Below the pieces are notes generated by a model. The model ran no database searches and was not told the DNA's origin. It saw nothing but the letters and a program-made list of their open reading frames with translations. A DNA stretch of 63,699 nucleotides, counting the filler, from Chrysochromulina tobinii (taxonomy: Eukaryota): NCBI GenBank assembly GCA_001275005.1. It is 7 parts of 7 records of this genome, joined end to end, with 100 filler letters (N's around TTAATTAATTAA, not from the genome) between each part and the next. Parts side by side here need not be neighbours in the genome. Positions count along the whole stretch, not along the records: positions 1 to 15,419 come from JWZX01001281.1; positions 15,520 to 19,338 come from JWZX01001285.1; positions 19,439 to 29,354 come from JWZX01001286.1; 4 more parts are not named here. One strand, written 5' to 3'. Positions 11,702-22,478 of this stretch are shown here, piece by piece. A program made the position numbers and the translations under genes. Each line of letters opens with the position of its first letter. The stretch's first letter is position 1.

Positions 11702-13618
11702 TTAATTATACCGGCCCTGGATCGAGTACGCAGGAGGCGACGCCCGGGAGGCATACACAGTCCCCTCCAGATTGTACGCCCCCGGCCCAGGCATACCATT
11801 GTCCAGGACTCCATCCTTGTACTTGCCCTGGATCGTATACTTTGGCGAGCGCACCTGTTTGACGTCGATCGTCCCCTCCAGATTATACGCCCCCGGCCCA
11901 GGCATACCATTGTCTAGGACTCCATCCTTGTACTTGCCCTGGATCGTATACCTGGGCGAGCTCACCGCATCAACATCGATCGTCCCCTCCAGATTATACG
12001 CCCCCGGCCCAGGCATACCATTGTCTAGGACTCCATCCTTGTGCTTGCCCTGGATCGTATACTTTGGCAACGTATGTTTGTGGAGCAGACCGGGATTGTA
12101 GGTGCCAGGCCCTGGTGCGCCGCCCCCCGCCAGCGCGGCCCTGGTGGCGTCCGAGTGCTTGCCTTGTATCGAGTACGCCGCCCCCCCCCACGGTACTTTG
12201 GGTGCGTACGTGCCTGGGCCCGGGCTCACCTCGGACTGCACATGCTTCCGGCCAAAGCGCCGTCGCGGCGCGGTACGCATGTCAGGCGGCCTCCCGCCCA
12301 TCGAGAAGGACGGGGAGCAGTACTTGACCCTGAGGCCTTGGGCTTGGTGCGTGTACGCGCCCGGGCCGGGCGTCGACTCACCGCTGAAGGCACCTCGAAC
12401 TCGCGCGCTCGGTGCGCCCATCGAGTATGCCGGCGCGCGCACGCTCGATTGGCCTGTGGCGCCCGGCCGGTAGTACGAGCCGGGCCCCGGCCCATGGGCC
12501 TTGACTGCTTGGGCGGACGGCCGACCTACCGCTCCACCCATCGAGAAGGCAGGCGCTCGCATCTGCTTGAAGTTCAGATGTCGCTCGTCGAGCGTGTAGG
12601 CGCCAGGGCCGGGCGCCGTGCTGCCCGGTTCGGGGCGCGTCGGGCTGCCGCCGCTGCCCCAGCGCGCGGCCATCGTGTACTTCGGACCCTTGTACGTCGC
12701 GCGTGCCGTGTCCTTGTCGGGGTTGACGGAGTAAGTCCCGGGTCCAGGCGCACCCTCTGACGAAAGGACAGGCGCCGGGCGTGCCGCAATGCTGAAGCTC
12801 GGAGCGGACGACGCGTGCGGACCATCGGCACGCTGATCGTACGTGCCCGGCCCGGGCATGCTAGCGCCCGGCTGGTCGGCGCCAAACGAGTTCGTGGCCT
12901 TGCCCTGTACACTGTAGCGCGGCGAGCTGTGCTTCGTCGCTTCGAAGCCGCGTGCGACGCTGTACTCCCCCGGACCAGGCATGTCATCGGCGGGTCTGCT
13001 GGCGTACTTGCCGGCAATCGAGTAGGAGGCAGTGGTGGAGCCAGGGATGGGCGGATTGTACGCGCCCGGCCCAGGCGTTGTACTCAAAGGCACGGCGCTG
13101 GGCTGTGACGGTGGCCCCATGGAATATGCGGGTGCGACCGCAACGCTCGCACCGATACGTGGATTGTAGGCGGCAGGCCCCGGGCTATCGGTGCCATCGA
13201 GCAGCGACGAGTCATAGGCCGCCCCCAAGGTGTAGGCGGGCGCAGACGGCTGGACGGTTGCGCACCCCCGATCCAAATTGTACGTGCCGGGCCCGGGTAC
13301 GTTGTCGGCAGGGTAGGAGACGCGCTCTCCTGCCGGGCCGCCGAGCGTGTACGCGGGCGCGCGCGACTGGACGGCGGCACACGAGCGATCGATATCGTAT
13401 TTTGGCCCGGGCACACCGCTGTCCACCAGCTGGCTGGGCGCGGCCGCGCCCATCGTGTATGATGGGCCGCTAGAACGGGAGACCTGCATCTGGCCGCCTG
13501 GCGGCACGTCGTACGTCCCCGGGCCGGGACCGTCATCGGAGCTGAGGCCCGCCGCATAGCCCAGACCCATCGAGTACTCGGGGCTCGAGGCCTCTGTTGC
13601 TCCGTCGAGGATGCCCAT
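11702..13618 (-). CDS. ODF3/SHIPPO (STPG)-repeat flagellar protein
   Basis: Many PGPGxY...PxYS/T repeats. The C-terminal units are near-identical 120-bp repeats. Confidence 0.85.
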   Translation of the reverse strand: MGILDGATEASSPEYSMGLGYAAGLSSDDGPGPGTYDVPPGGQMQVSRSSGPSYTMGAAAPSQLVDSGVPGPKYDIDRSCAAVQSRAPAYTLGGPAGERVSYPADNVPGPGTYNLDRGCATVQPSAPAYTLGAAYDSSLLDGTDSPGPAAYNPRIGASVAVAPAYSMGPPSQPSAVPLSTTPGPGAYNPPIPGSTTASYSIAGKYASRPADDMPGPGEYSVARGFEATKHSSPRYSVQGKATNSFGADQPGASMPGPGTYDQRADGPHASSAPSFSIAARPAPVLSSEGAPGPGTYSVNPDKDTARATYKGPKYTMAARWGSGGSPTRPEPGSTAPGPGAYTLDERHLNFKQMRAPAFSMGGAVGRPSAQAVKAHGPGPGSYYRPGATGQSSVRAPAYSMGAPSARVRGAFSGESTPGPGAYTHQAQGLRVKYCSPSFSMGGRPPDMRTAPRRRFGRKHVQSEVSPGPGTYAPKVPWGGAAYSIQGKHSDATRAALAGGGAPGPGTYNPGLLHKHTLPKYTIQGKHKDGVLDNGMPGPGAYNLEGTIDVDAVSSPRYTIQGKYKDGVLDNGMPGPGAYNLEGTIDVKQVRSPKYTIQGKYKDGVLDNGMPGPGAYNLEGTVYASRASPPAYSIQGRYN

Positions 13619-13791
13619 TGTCGAGGTCGCGAGCAAGCCCCGACGAGACGACTCAGAGTCGGGAAAAACCGTTTCACCTCAAGAAACGGAACTATTTTGA
13701 GCGAGGGCCAGAAACAGTGTTCCGGCGACGCGCCGTGCCGCCGCCTTGCGTTCGCGCCTTCGCGCACACGTCCGTCGTGTGAACGTCGCGG

Positions 13792-15090
13792 ATGGCTGCC
13801 GCTTTCTCGGCGCAATGCAACGCGTCGCTGCGCGTCGCGCGGCGGAGCGGCTGCCCTTCACCGCGTTGGCAGGACGAGATTGCGCCCATCCTATCCGCAC
13901 GTCTGGCCAACGGGACTTCAGGTGATCCTTTCTGCTACATCAATGTCGGAGCCAATAAGGGCTACAACGTGGCCGAGACGCTCCAGCGCTACCACTCACG
14001 AGGCGCCGGCCCTCGCACGAGTGCGGCGTGGCACAAGGAGCTGCTCAAAGGCAGCCCCAAAGGGATGCGAGTCAAGTATGGCTGCGGCTTGTGCAATCCT
14101 TGCAAGCAGCCGCCACCACCCAAGCGCTATCATGTACCGGTCGAGGTGCATGCTCTCGAGATGGTGGACGTGAACGCGCAGGCGCTGCGGCGGCTGTTCG
14201 GCGTGTTCTCGGTGCCAGGCCACGCATGGCATCTGGCCGTGTCCAATTTCACGGGAACAGCCCAGTATCGCGCCGCGCCCTTCGTGGGTCTCGAACACTA
14301 CGAGCTTGGCAAGGGAACGAACCGGCAGGTAAGCTGCTGGTCCCGACGAGAGAGCTCGATTCGATTCGGATGCTTCAGAATGGAGGCCTCCGAGTGCCTC
14401 CTCCTCTATCCACCTCAGGTTGAGTGCCACTGGGCACCTCTGAGTGCCTTTGGTTGCCTCGGATTGCCTTTGTTGACCACTGTGCACCTTTTGAGTGCCT
14501 CTGATGACCTTTGATTTGGCACTGATGACCTTTGTGTTGATACCGATGGCCTTTGATTCCACCGACGCTGATGGCCTAGCTTCCACTGGCAGGTCGCATG
14601 CACGACGCTCGACGCCTTTGCGGCCGCGCAGCTGCGGCCAGGGCAGACGGTCGACTTGCTCAGCGTGGACACGGAAGGACAGGACGCTCTCGTGCTCGAG
14701 GGCGCGCGGACACTGCTCGCGAGTCGGCGCGTCACGGTGCTCGAGTTCGAATTCATTGGGCGCGGCTATTGGCGGCTCGACCACCCGGAGCAGCGCCGTC
14801 TCAAGCACGTGCTTGAGGCGCTCGAGGGCTTTGGGTACCGATGCTTTTGGCAGGGCGAGCAGCATGCGGCGGGCGGACGGCTCGCGCATGCAAACGGCCG
14901 TTATTGGTGCGATGCCTTCCAATTTAGGGCGAGATCCAATCTCGTGTGCTCGCACTTGGCACAGGTGCTTGCCGTCTTTGAGGGGCTGGCCGTGGGGCCG
15001 AACGACAACGAGCCGGCGCCGACGGCTGAGCCGCCGACGGCTCAGCCGAATCAGAATGCACGACGGGTAAGAACGTGTCTGAGATCGTGA
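13792..15090 (+). CDS. FkbM-family methyltransferase (exons 13792-14328, 14593-15090)
   Basis: YINVGANKG SAM-binding motif, VACTTLD, LSVDTEGQDALVLEGA, LEFE; phase-0 GT-AG intron 14329-14592. Confidence 0.8.
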
Positions 15091-15259
15091 GAACCTCTGA
15101 TCACTGTCGTGGTCCGATACCTAGACCTAATACGTGGCTCGCACGCGGTAGGCTCTTTGAAGACAAATCGTATCTGTCGTGTCGTGTGCGACCGATTTGG
15201 TTTGTTACCGGTACTACCGGTTCACCGGGGGTACCTCCGGAAAACCTAAACCAAAACGG

Positions 15260-15373
15260 TACCGGTAAAAAGACACCGGGGGAGCCGGGACACACACGTT
15301 ACCGGTACAGAACCGGTCCCCGCGGTGTCTGTGTACCGGTAAAAAGACACCGGGGGGAGCCGGGACACACACG
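15260..15373 (+). repeat. Two copies of dispersed motif TACCGGTAAAAAGACACCGGGGGAGCCGGGACACACAC
   Basis: Copies at 15260-15298 and 15334-15373. Related copies at 19746-19782 (minus), 29541-29568 and 54206-54248. Confidence 0.85.
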
Positions 15374-15419
15374 GGACACACGGGACACGCGGAAGCACAA
15401 AGGCACACAGACCAATCTC

Positions 15420-15519
15420 NNNNNNNNNNNNNNNNNNNNNNNNNNNNNNNNNNNNNNNNNNNNTTAATTAATTAANNNNNNNNNNNNNNNNNNNNNNNNN
15501 NNNNNNNNNNNNNNNNNNN
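15420..15519. other. Artificial contig spacer (44 N + TTAATTAATTAA + 44 N)
   Basis: Identical spacers at 19339-19438, 29355-29454, 38783-38882, 45499-45598 and 61867-61966. Confidence 0.98.
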
Positions 15520-18500
15520 ATCTGTGTCGAAGGCGTCGTCACCCGGGAAGAGCACCGACAGGTACTTGACGTTCACCGTGCCGCCGAAGAACTCGAAGCC
15601 GTCGTCCGCATTGTACGCCACCTCGCAGTACGCCACCGTCGTGCCGGAGCCGACGCCGCCGAACGTGATGCCGTTGATCTCGTTGTTCGCGCCCACGATC
15701 GCGCCGCCGTGCCAAACGCGCACGTACCGCAGGGTGCCTGACGACTCGGTCGGGTTGCTGCCGCCGTACGTGTGGCCGGTGATGCCCTCGATCGTCGTGG
15801 TGGTCGCCACGTTGGTCGGCGCGTTGCCGAGCAGGATGAGCCCGCCCCACTTGCCGCGCTCGCCGAGCGCGATGGCATCGCTGGAGCTGTCCGTCACGGC
15901 GGTGGCCGAGCCGCTGAGAGCGCTATCAGAGAGAATGGTCGTCAGAGTGATCGGGCTGCTCGCCGTGCCCGAGGCCACGAGCGCGCCGCCCTTCAAGACC
16001 ACGAGCGCCGGAGCGGCGACGCCGTTCGGCACGGGCAGCGCAAAGATGGTGGTGCCAGCAGGGATCGTGAGGGTCGCCGACACGAGGACCTGGGCGGCAA
16101 GAATGTACGAGATGTTCGCGCCGAGGGCCGTGTTCGAAGAGTACGTGTTCGACAGCAAGGTGACATTCGAAAGCAGCGTCGCGAACGGTGGCGTCAGGGC
16201 CGCTCTCGCAGCGCTGGAAGTGCATGTGGCGTTAGCCATCTTGCCGTTGCATGCGAGCCACGAGTAGTCGGCGAGCCAGTCGTCCGTCGAGCTGCCGAAC
16301 GCGCCCTTGCAGGTCACCGTCGAGAAGAAGGTGTCACCATTGGGGGGTGGGTCAACGGTGCCCGTGCACGCCGCGCCGATGGTAGTCGGCAAAGGGTTGA
16401 AGGTGGCGGAGCCCTCCGCGAGGTCACTGGTGGCGACCGCAGCGAAGCCGGGGGCACCAATCACCGCTGACCACGTGTCCGCGGGCGTGCAGGCCGCGGT
16501 GGTGCCGGTGTGAAGAGCGAACTGCGACGCAGTCGTCGCCGTGTTGATGATGTTGTTGGCCGAGAAGAAAAAGTAGCCGGGGCTCGAAATGCTGACCGAG
16601 GCCGCCGGCAGCGTCTGCGTGTAGCTCAGCGTCGAGCCGCAGTCCTCGAAGAGAAGGCCGTTCAAGTGCGGGTGAGCGAGGATGCCGTTGCCAAACTTGC
16701 CGCCCGTGCCGTCGTTGATGTGCATCAGCTCGCCCGTCCGCGCGCCAGTCCCGGAGCCTCCGCCGATCAAGGTGAACGAGTAGAAAGCCGGGTGCGAGCG
16801 CGGGGTCACATCCTGATTCGAGCCGATGCCCGAGTCGATCTCCATCGAGTGGTCGCCACTCAGGCCCTCGATGACGAAAAGGAACTGGCCCTTGCCAATG
16901 TAGCCCTGATCCACGTCGAAGCCGTCGTCGCCCATGAAGAGCACCGACAGGTACTTGACGTTCACCGTGCCGCCGAAGAACTCGAAGCCGTCGTCCACGT
17001 TGAACGCCACCTCGCAGTGGTCGACGACGGTGCCGGAGCCGACGCCGCCGAACGTGATGCCGTTGATCTCGTTGTTCGCGCCCACGACCGCGCCGCCGTG
17101 CCACACGCGCACGTACTGCATGGAGCCCGACGAGTCGGTCGGATTGGTGCCGCCGTACGTTTTCGCAGTGATGCCCTCGATAACAGTGGTGGTCGCCACG
17201 TTGGTCGGCGCGTTGCCGAGCAGGATGAGCCCACCCCACTTGCCGCGCGTCTCGAGCACGGTATCCGCGCTGGTATCGGTCGACACCGACGACGACGACG
17301 ACTCGGTGGGGTTGAAGGCAGTGAAGGTGATCGGCGCAGTCGCAGAGCCCTCGGCGAGCAGAGAGCCGCCCTTCTCGATGACCAGGGCGGGCGCACCACC
17401 GCCACCGGCAGCCACCGGCGAGGCGTAAACCGTGACGCCCTGCTGGATACTCAGGACGATGCCCGACGGAACGAACACCTGGCACGTGAGAACGTAGACT
17501 GGGCCCGCGAAGAGGAACGCGTCTGCCGAGAGGGTGCCGCACAGCGCAACCTCGTCCGTGGCCGCGCCTGTGGGGCAGGTGAAGCTGGCGCTGACAAAGC
17601 CCGGGCGGTTGGGCAGGTTGAAGAGCGACCAGCCATCGAGCCAGTTGACGCTGCCGAACGCGCCCTTGTACGTGGTCGCGCTGAAGAAGGTGTCGCCGTT
17701 CGGCACCGGGTCGACGTTCGAGTACGCGGCCGAGCCGCACGCGGGGCGCGGGTCGATCGGAACCATGCTGGTCTCGGTGAACGTGCCTCCTGAGATGAGC
17801 GGATTGGCGTCGACGAAGGTCGGCGCCGTGCCAGTGCATGGCGACACAATGTCGAAGCCGGCGGTGGGGCTCTGGATGATGTTGTTCGACGAGAAGAACA
17901 GGTAATCGTTCAGCGACGTCGTCGACGCCGGCAGCACCGACACAATGGTGGGCGCGGCGCTGCCGCTGCTGCTGCATGTATCGATGCGGATGCCAGGGTG
18001 CGTCGCGACGTTGGCGAGGATCATGTTGCCAAACTTGCCGCCCGTGCCCTCGCGCAGGCGCATCATCGCGTTGCTCGCGCGCGTCGAGAGGGCGCCGGCG
18101 CCCACGATGGTCATGCCGTAAAAGGCCGGGTGCGAGCGTGGCAAGTCCCCGTACCTCGAGTCCATCTCCGCGCCGTGGTTGCCCACGCTGCCGGTCAGCG
18201 CGAACAGGAACTGGCCCTTGCCCACGTAGCCATCGTCCGTGTCGAAGGCGTCGTCGCCCGGGAAGAGCGCCGACAGGTACTTGACGTTCACCGTGCCGCC
18301 GAAGAACTCGAAGCCGTCGTCCGCATTGTACGCCACCTCGCAGTGGTCGACCGTCGTGCCGGAGCCGACGCCGCCGAACGTGATGCCGTTGATCTCGTTG
18401 TTTGCGCCCACGATCGCGCCGCCGTGCCACACGCGCACATACTGCAGGGTGCCCGACGACTCGGTCGCCACGGTGCCGCCGTAAGTGCGGCCGGTGCCGG

Positions 18501-19338
18501 TGATGCCCTCGATCGTCGTGGTGGTCGCCACGTTGGTCGGCGCGTTGCCGAGCAGGATGAGCCCGCCCCACTTGCCGCGCTCGCCGAGCGTGATAGCGTT
18601 CTCATTCGAGTCCGTGGAGGCCCTGGCCGAGCTCACGAGCGCCGACTCGGCAAGCACGGACGTGAACGTGATCGGCATGGTCGCCGTGCCCGGCGCCACG
18701 ATCCTGCCACCCTTCAAGACCACGATTGCAGGAGCACTCGTGGGCGAGGCGGCTGGAAGCGCGTACACCATGGCTCCAGCCTCAATGTTCAGGACCAATC
18801 CGGAGGGCACGAAGAGCTGCGACGTGAGCAGGTACGACGTGCCAGAGACAAGGGCCAACGAGCTGGAGATAGTCCCTCCGATCGCAACCACAGAGGAACC
18901 AAGCGCAGCAAACATCGTCGCCGGCACACCCGAGCACGTGGCGCCAGCCATCTTGCCGCTGCATGCGAGCCACGAGTAGTCGGCGAGCCAGTTGTCCGTC
19001 GAGCTGCCGAACGCGCCCTTACAGGTCACCGTCGAGAAGAAGGTGTCACCATTGGGGGGTGGGTCCACGGTGCCCGTGCACGCCGCGCCGATGGTAGTCG
19101 GCAAAGGGTTGAAGGTGGCGGAGCCCTCCGCGAGGTCACTGGTGGCGACCGCAGCGAAGCCGGGGGCACCAGAAACCGCCGTCCACGTGTCCGCGACCGT
19201 GCAGGCCGCGATGCCAGAGCCACCGGCGACTAGGGCGAACTGTGACGCGATCGTCGCCGTGTCGATGATGTTGTTGGCCGAGAAGTAAAAGTAGCCGGGG
19301 CTCGAAATGCTGACCGAGGCCGCCGGCAGCGTCTGCGT
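15520..19338 (-). CDS. Fragment of a giant tandem-repeat protein made of bacterial-type beta-helix (secreted/lipoprotein-like) modules
   Basis: Open frame across the whole contig. Three copies of GKWGGLILLGNAPTN...YVRVWHGG...NEINGITFGGVGSGT...DDGFEFFGGTVNVKYL, plus the tail of a fourth unit; no introns. Confidence 0.8.
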
Positions 19339-19640
19339 NNNNNNNNNNNNNNNNNNNNNNNNNNNNNNNNNNNNNNNNNNNNTTAATTAATTAANNNNNN
19401 NNNNNNNNNNNNNNNNNNNNNNNNNNNNNNNNNNNNNNTACATGCACGATACATGCGCGATACATGGGATACGTATCCTGATAACAAACCCCCCCAAACT
19501 CGATAACAAACCCCACGTCACCCCATTACATTAGGGGGATCTCGTGTTCGCAACACTTCAAGATCACACTTCAATATCCCGGCTCCCTCGTAATACTCAT
19601 GTGTGATTGCGTTGTACGTGTTGGTGTGTTGTACGTGTTG

Positions 19641-19818
19641 GTGTGAAAGTTAACACGGACAGGCGCGACAACCACATTAATGTCATACCCAACACGAACA
19701 ACGTATTCACAACACACCGACACGAGTAACATTGCCGTACCGGGAGTGTGTGTCCCGGCTCCCCCCGGTCTTTTTACCGGTAGCACCGGATGCGCGTCTG
19801 TCGTGTTAACGTTCACAC
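19641..19818. repeat. Imperfect inverted repeat (about 27 bp arms) enclosing a copy of the AAAAAGAC-CCGGGGG motif
   Basis: GTGTGAAAGTTAACACGGACAGGCGCG (about 19641-19667) versus CGCGTCTGTCGTGTTAACGTTCACAC (19793-19818). Confidence 0.7.
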
Positions 19819-19830
19819 GTGTTGAGCAAA

Positions 19831-20754
19831 ATGCGTCCAGTCCTTCAACTCGCGATCATCTCGGCAGCGCTCGATGCGAGCGATTGCCGACTTGTTTCGA
19901 CCCGTCACATCAGCATGGTCACTCGGGGTGCCAATCTCAGACCGACCTCGCTCAAACGGACGACGACCGCACGTGCGAGTGCTGCCAGCGGTGACGAAGA
20001 TGGGCGAGAGGATACCAGAGGCTTTCGCATCGCCACGTCGTCTCAGGTGCGAGACGACATATCTGAATCCATAGCTGGAATCATGGATGTCGGTCGGCGC
20101 TTGTCAGGCATACTTATACTGTTGGCCGAGATCTGCGTTGGCGGCTTGGGCAGCCCGATTGGGGTAGCAATCTTTGCGCTCTCTGCCCTACTGTACGCCA
20201 GCGGCGAGTTCGGCTCGCCGGTGCCCTTCATTTCCACGGCACCGTCTGCGTCTGAAGGCGGCTATTATTGGCCGCGAGACGCGAACGGAGAGTTGGAGGC
20301 CCGCCCGCCGCCGTCGGAGGAGGAGGACGACGACGCCACTTCGTCGTGGGCGCGGTTGCGAGGCGGCTGCCGCGTCCCGATGACGAGGCTCATCCCCGCT
20401 ACGCCCCTGTCAGCCCCGCCTGCACTCAGGCGGCACCCGCATGCCCTCGGCAGGCACCCGCAGGTGGCACTCTTTGACCGGAAGGGCAACGGTGATCCGT
20501 CCAAATGTCCCTTTTTGGGCGGTTCGAATGGTGGCGGCTTGGGCGACGCCAACATCGCGACTGGACTGCTCTTCGTGGCGACCGTGCTGCTGCTGCGATT
20601 CGTGATGCTCCGGATCTTCGCAACGGACCCGCAGACCGCGTGGGCATCAGCCGTAAAGCTCCTGCGTCCGGTGCGCCAATGGCTCGCTCATTCCCTCGTG
20701 GCTCCGACGTTGGTCGCCTTTCGCGCCGCCGCCGGACCTGTCGCTGTCGTGTAG
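19831..20754 (+). CDS. Hypothetical membrane protein with N-terminal targeting peptide
   Basis: Hydrophobic leader, transit-like basic segment and 3-4 hydrophobic helices; no family recognised. Confidence 0.5.
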   Translation: MRPVLQLAIISAALDASDCRLVSTRHISMVTRGANLRPTSLKRTTTARASAASGDEDGREDTRGFRIATSSQVRDDISESIAGIMDVGRRLSGILILLAEICVGGLGSPIGVAIFALSALLYASGEFGSPVPFISTAPSASEGGYYWPRDANGELEARPPPSEEEDDDATSSWARLRGGCRVPMTRLIPATPLSAPPALRRHPHALGRHPQVALFDRKGNGDPSKCPFLGGSNGGGLGDANIATGLLFVATVLLLRFVMLRIFATDPQTAWASAVKLLRPVRQWLAHSLVAPTLVAFRAAAGPVAVV

Positions 20755-21180
20755 AGTTCGATCGGCTCTCTTGGACACGCATGGCAGCGTGCCGCACCGT
20801 CGATCCGCCTATTCCGCTATTGACTATACGCTGCAATCTGTGTAGCCCGTGGGTGGAGTGTGTTTCGGCCATTTCGCAGCATACGAAGGTCTGAACACGT
20901 CGGAGTAACATTTCGATTTCGATCTCTCCGTCTCGACCGCTCGTTCGCAGCGGTTGTACCTGTAACAGCGGTGCGAGTGTCTCAGCATCGCGCCATCAAT
21001 CTGAACCCAAGCCCCCACCCTCCTCATTGGAAAGGCGCTCTCCGTTGACGAACCCGCGGCGGACCGCGCATGCGTAAGAAAAGAAAAAGAAAATCGAATT
21101 CCTCGCGACAGCACACTGAGAGCCACTCTCGCGTCTGTCGTGTTAACGTTCACAGCCAAAATTCGACACCGTCGGAGAAC

Positions 21181-22221
21181 ATGATCGCCCTCATGACCAC
21201 CCTTCTCCAGCCAGTGTCTAGCACGCCGCGCTCCCACCTTCAGTCGTCGCTCGCGGGCGCGCCGCGCCTCGGGCTCGGCATGGCTTCGCTCGGCCGTCCT
21301 GGCTACATAAACCTCGGCCACCACGAAGACCTGCCCAAGGAGCGGACTGTGGAGCAGATGCGAGAGCATGCATTCACCGTGCTTGACGAGGCTCTCGCGC
21401 TCGGCCTGAGGTACATTGACTGCGCGCGTTCGTACGGCCTGTCCGAAGAGTTTGTGGCCGCATGGTTGGCGAGCCGTGGAGATGCGGCAGCCGCAGTGGT
21501 GACTGTGGGCAGCAAATGGGGCTACGAGTACACTGCCAACTGGCGTGTACACGTCGACGAGGGCCAAGCCCACGAGGTGAAGAAGCACACACCCGAGCAA
21601 CTTGAGCGGCAGCTTGCAGAGACGCTCACACTGCTCCCCAATATCGCGCTTTACCAGATCCACTCCGCGACTCTGGAATCGGGTGTGCTGACCAATGATG
21701 CGGTGCTCGAGGCACTGGTGCAGTTCCGGGCGCAGGGTGTCGCCGTGGGAGCATCGGTCTCGAACCCGCAGCTGCCGGCCCTCGAGGCGGCGATTTCGGT
21801 AGAGCGCGGCAACGCGCCGCTCTTTGCAAGTGTTCAAGCAACGTTCAACCTCCTCGATCAATCGGCAGGTCCGTTGCTGCAGAAAGCAGCCGAGGTAGGT
21901 GTCTTCGTCATCATCAAGGAGGCACTTGCCAATGGCCGGCTCTCCTCGCGTGGCGTCGGTTCCAGCGCCCTTGAGATTCTTAGTGCCGAGGCGGCCAAGC
22001 TTAACACAACGGTGGACGCCTTGGCACTGGCCTGGGTGCTTACCTTCCCTTGGGTCGGCATGTGCCTATCCGGCGCGAGCACATGTGAGCAGCTGCGCTC
22101 GAATGCCGACGCACTCCGTCTGGCGCCGCTCGATGCCGCTTTGCACACACGGCTTGCAAAGGCTCTTGGGCAGCCCGTGGACGAATACTGGGACGCCAGA
22201 AAGGCCCTGAAGTGGAATTAG
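21181..22221 (+). CDS. Aldo/keto reductase (bacterial-like subfamily)
   Basis: LGLGMASLGRPGYIN, IDCARSYG, SKWG, LYQIHS, QATFNLL, LSGAST..QLRSN. Confidence 0.88.
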   Translation: MIALMTTLLQPVSSTPRSHLQSSLAGAPRLGLGMASLGRPGYINLGHHEDLPKERTVEQMREHAFTVLDEALALGLRYIDCARSYGLSEEFVAAWLASRGDAAAAVVTVGSKWGYEYTANWRVHVDEGQAHEVKKHTPEQLERQLAETLTLLPNIALYQIHSATLESGVLTNDAVLEALVQFRAQGVAVGASVSNPQLPALEAAISVERGNAPLFASVQATFNLLDQSAGPLLQKAAEVGVFVIIKEALANGRLSSRGVGSSALEILSAEAAKLNTTVDALALAWVLTFPWVGMCLSGASTCEQLRSNADALRLAPLDAALHTRLAKALGQPVDEYWDARKALKWN

Positions 22222-22478
22222 CCGTATCGCCGCTGTCGGGAAAGCGTAGCGTAGTCTTTCGGTCGTCCGAGTCCGCGGACGCAACAGGGAACAGTTATCC
22301 GATCAACAGTAAAGTTGTGTACCCTCTGCTAAGTTACTCAAGCTTGCTAGCGACTAGAATTACTACTACGTGGTTACGAAGTGCATCCATGTACATAACA
22401 TTGGAGGTCTGGGTCGGAACGCGGGCACACCATACGGAACACGGCATCGTGACATCGTCGTATGTGTGAGTCAGTGTC

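Noticed and set aside
15420..15519. TTAATTAATTAA flanked by Ns (six occurrences)
   Set aside because: Fixed 100-nt artificial linker with stops in all frames; not biological. Gene adjacency across it is meaningless.
21181..22221. Bacterial contamination suggested by an intronless bacterial-like AKR
   Set aside because: The same contig carries a eukaryotic PDZ/C2 gene and shares dispersed motifs with intron-bearing contigs.
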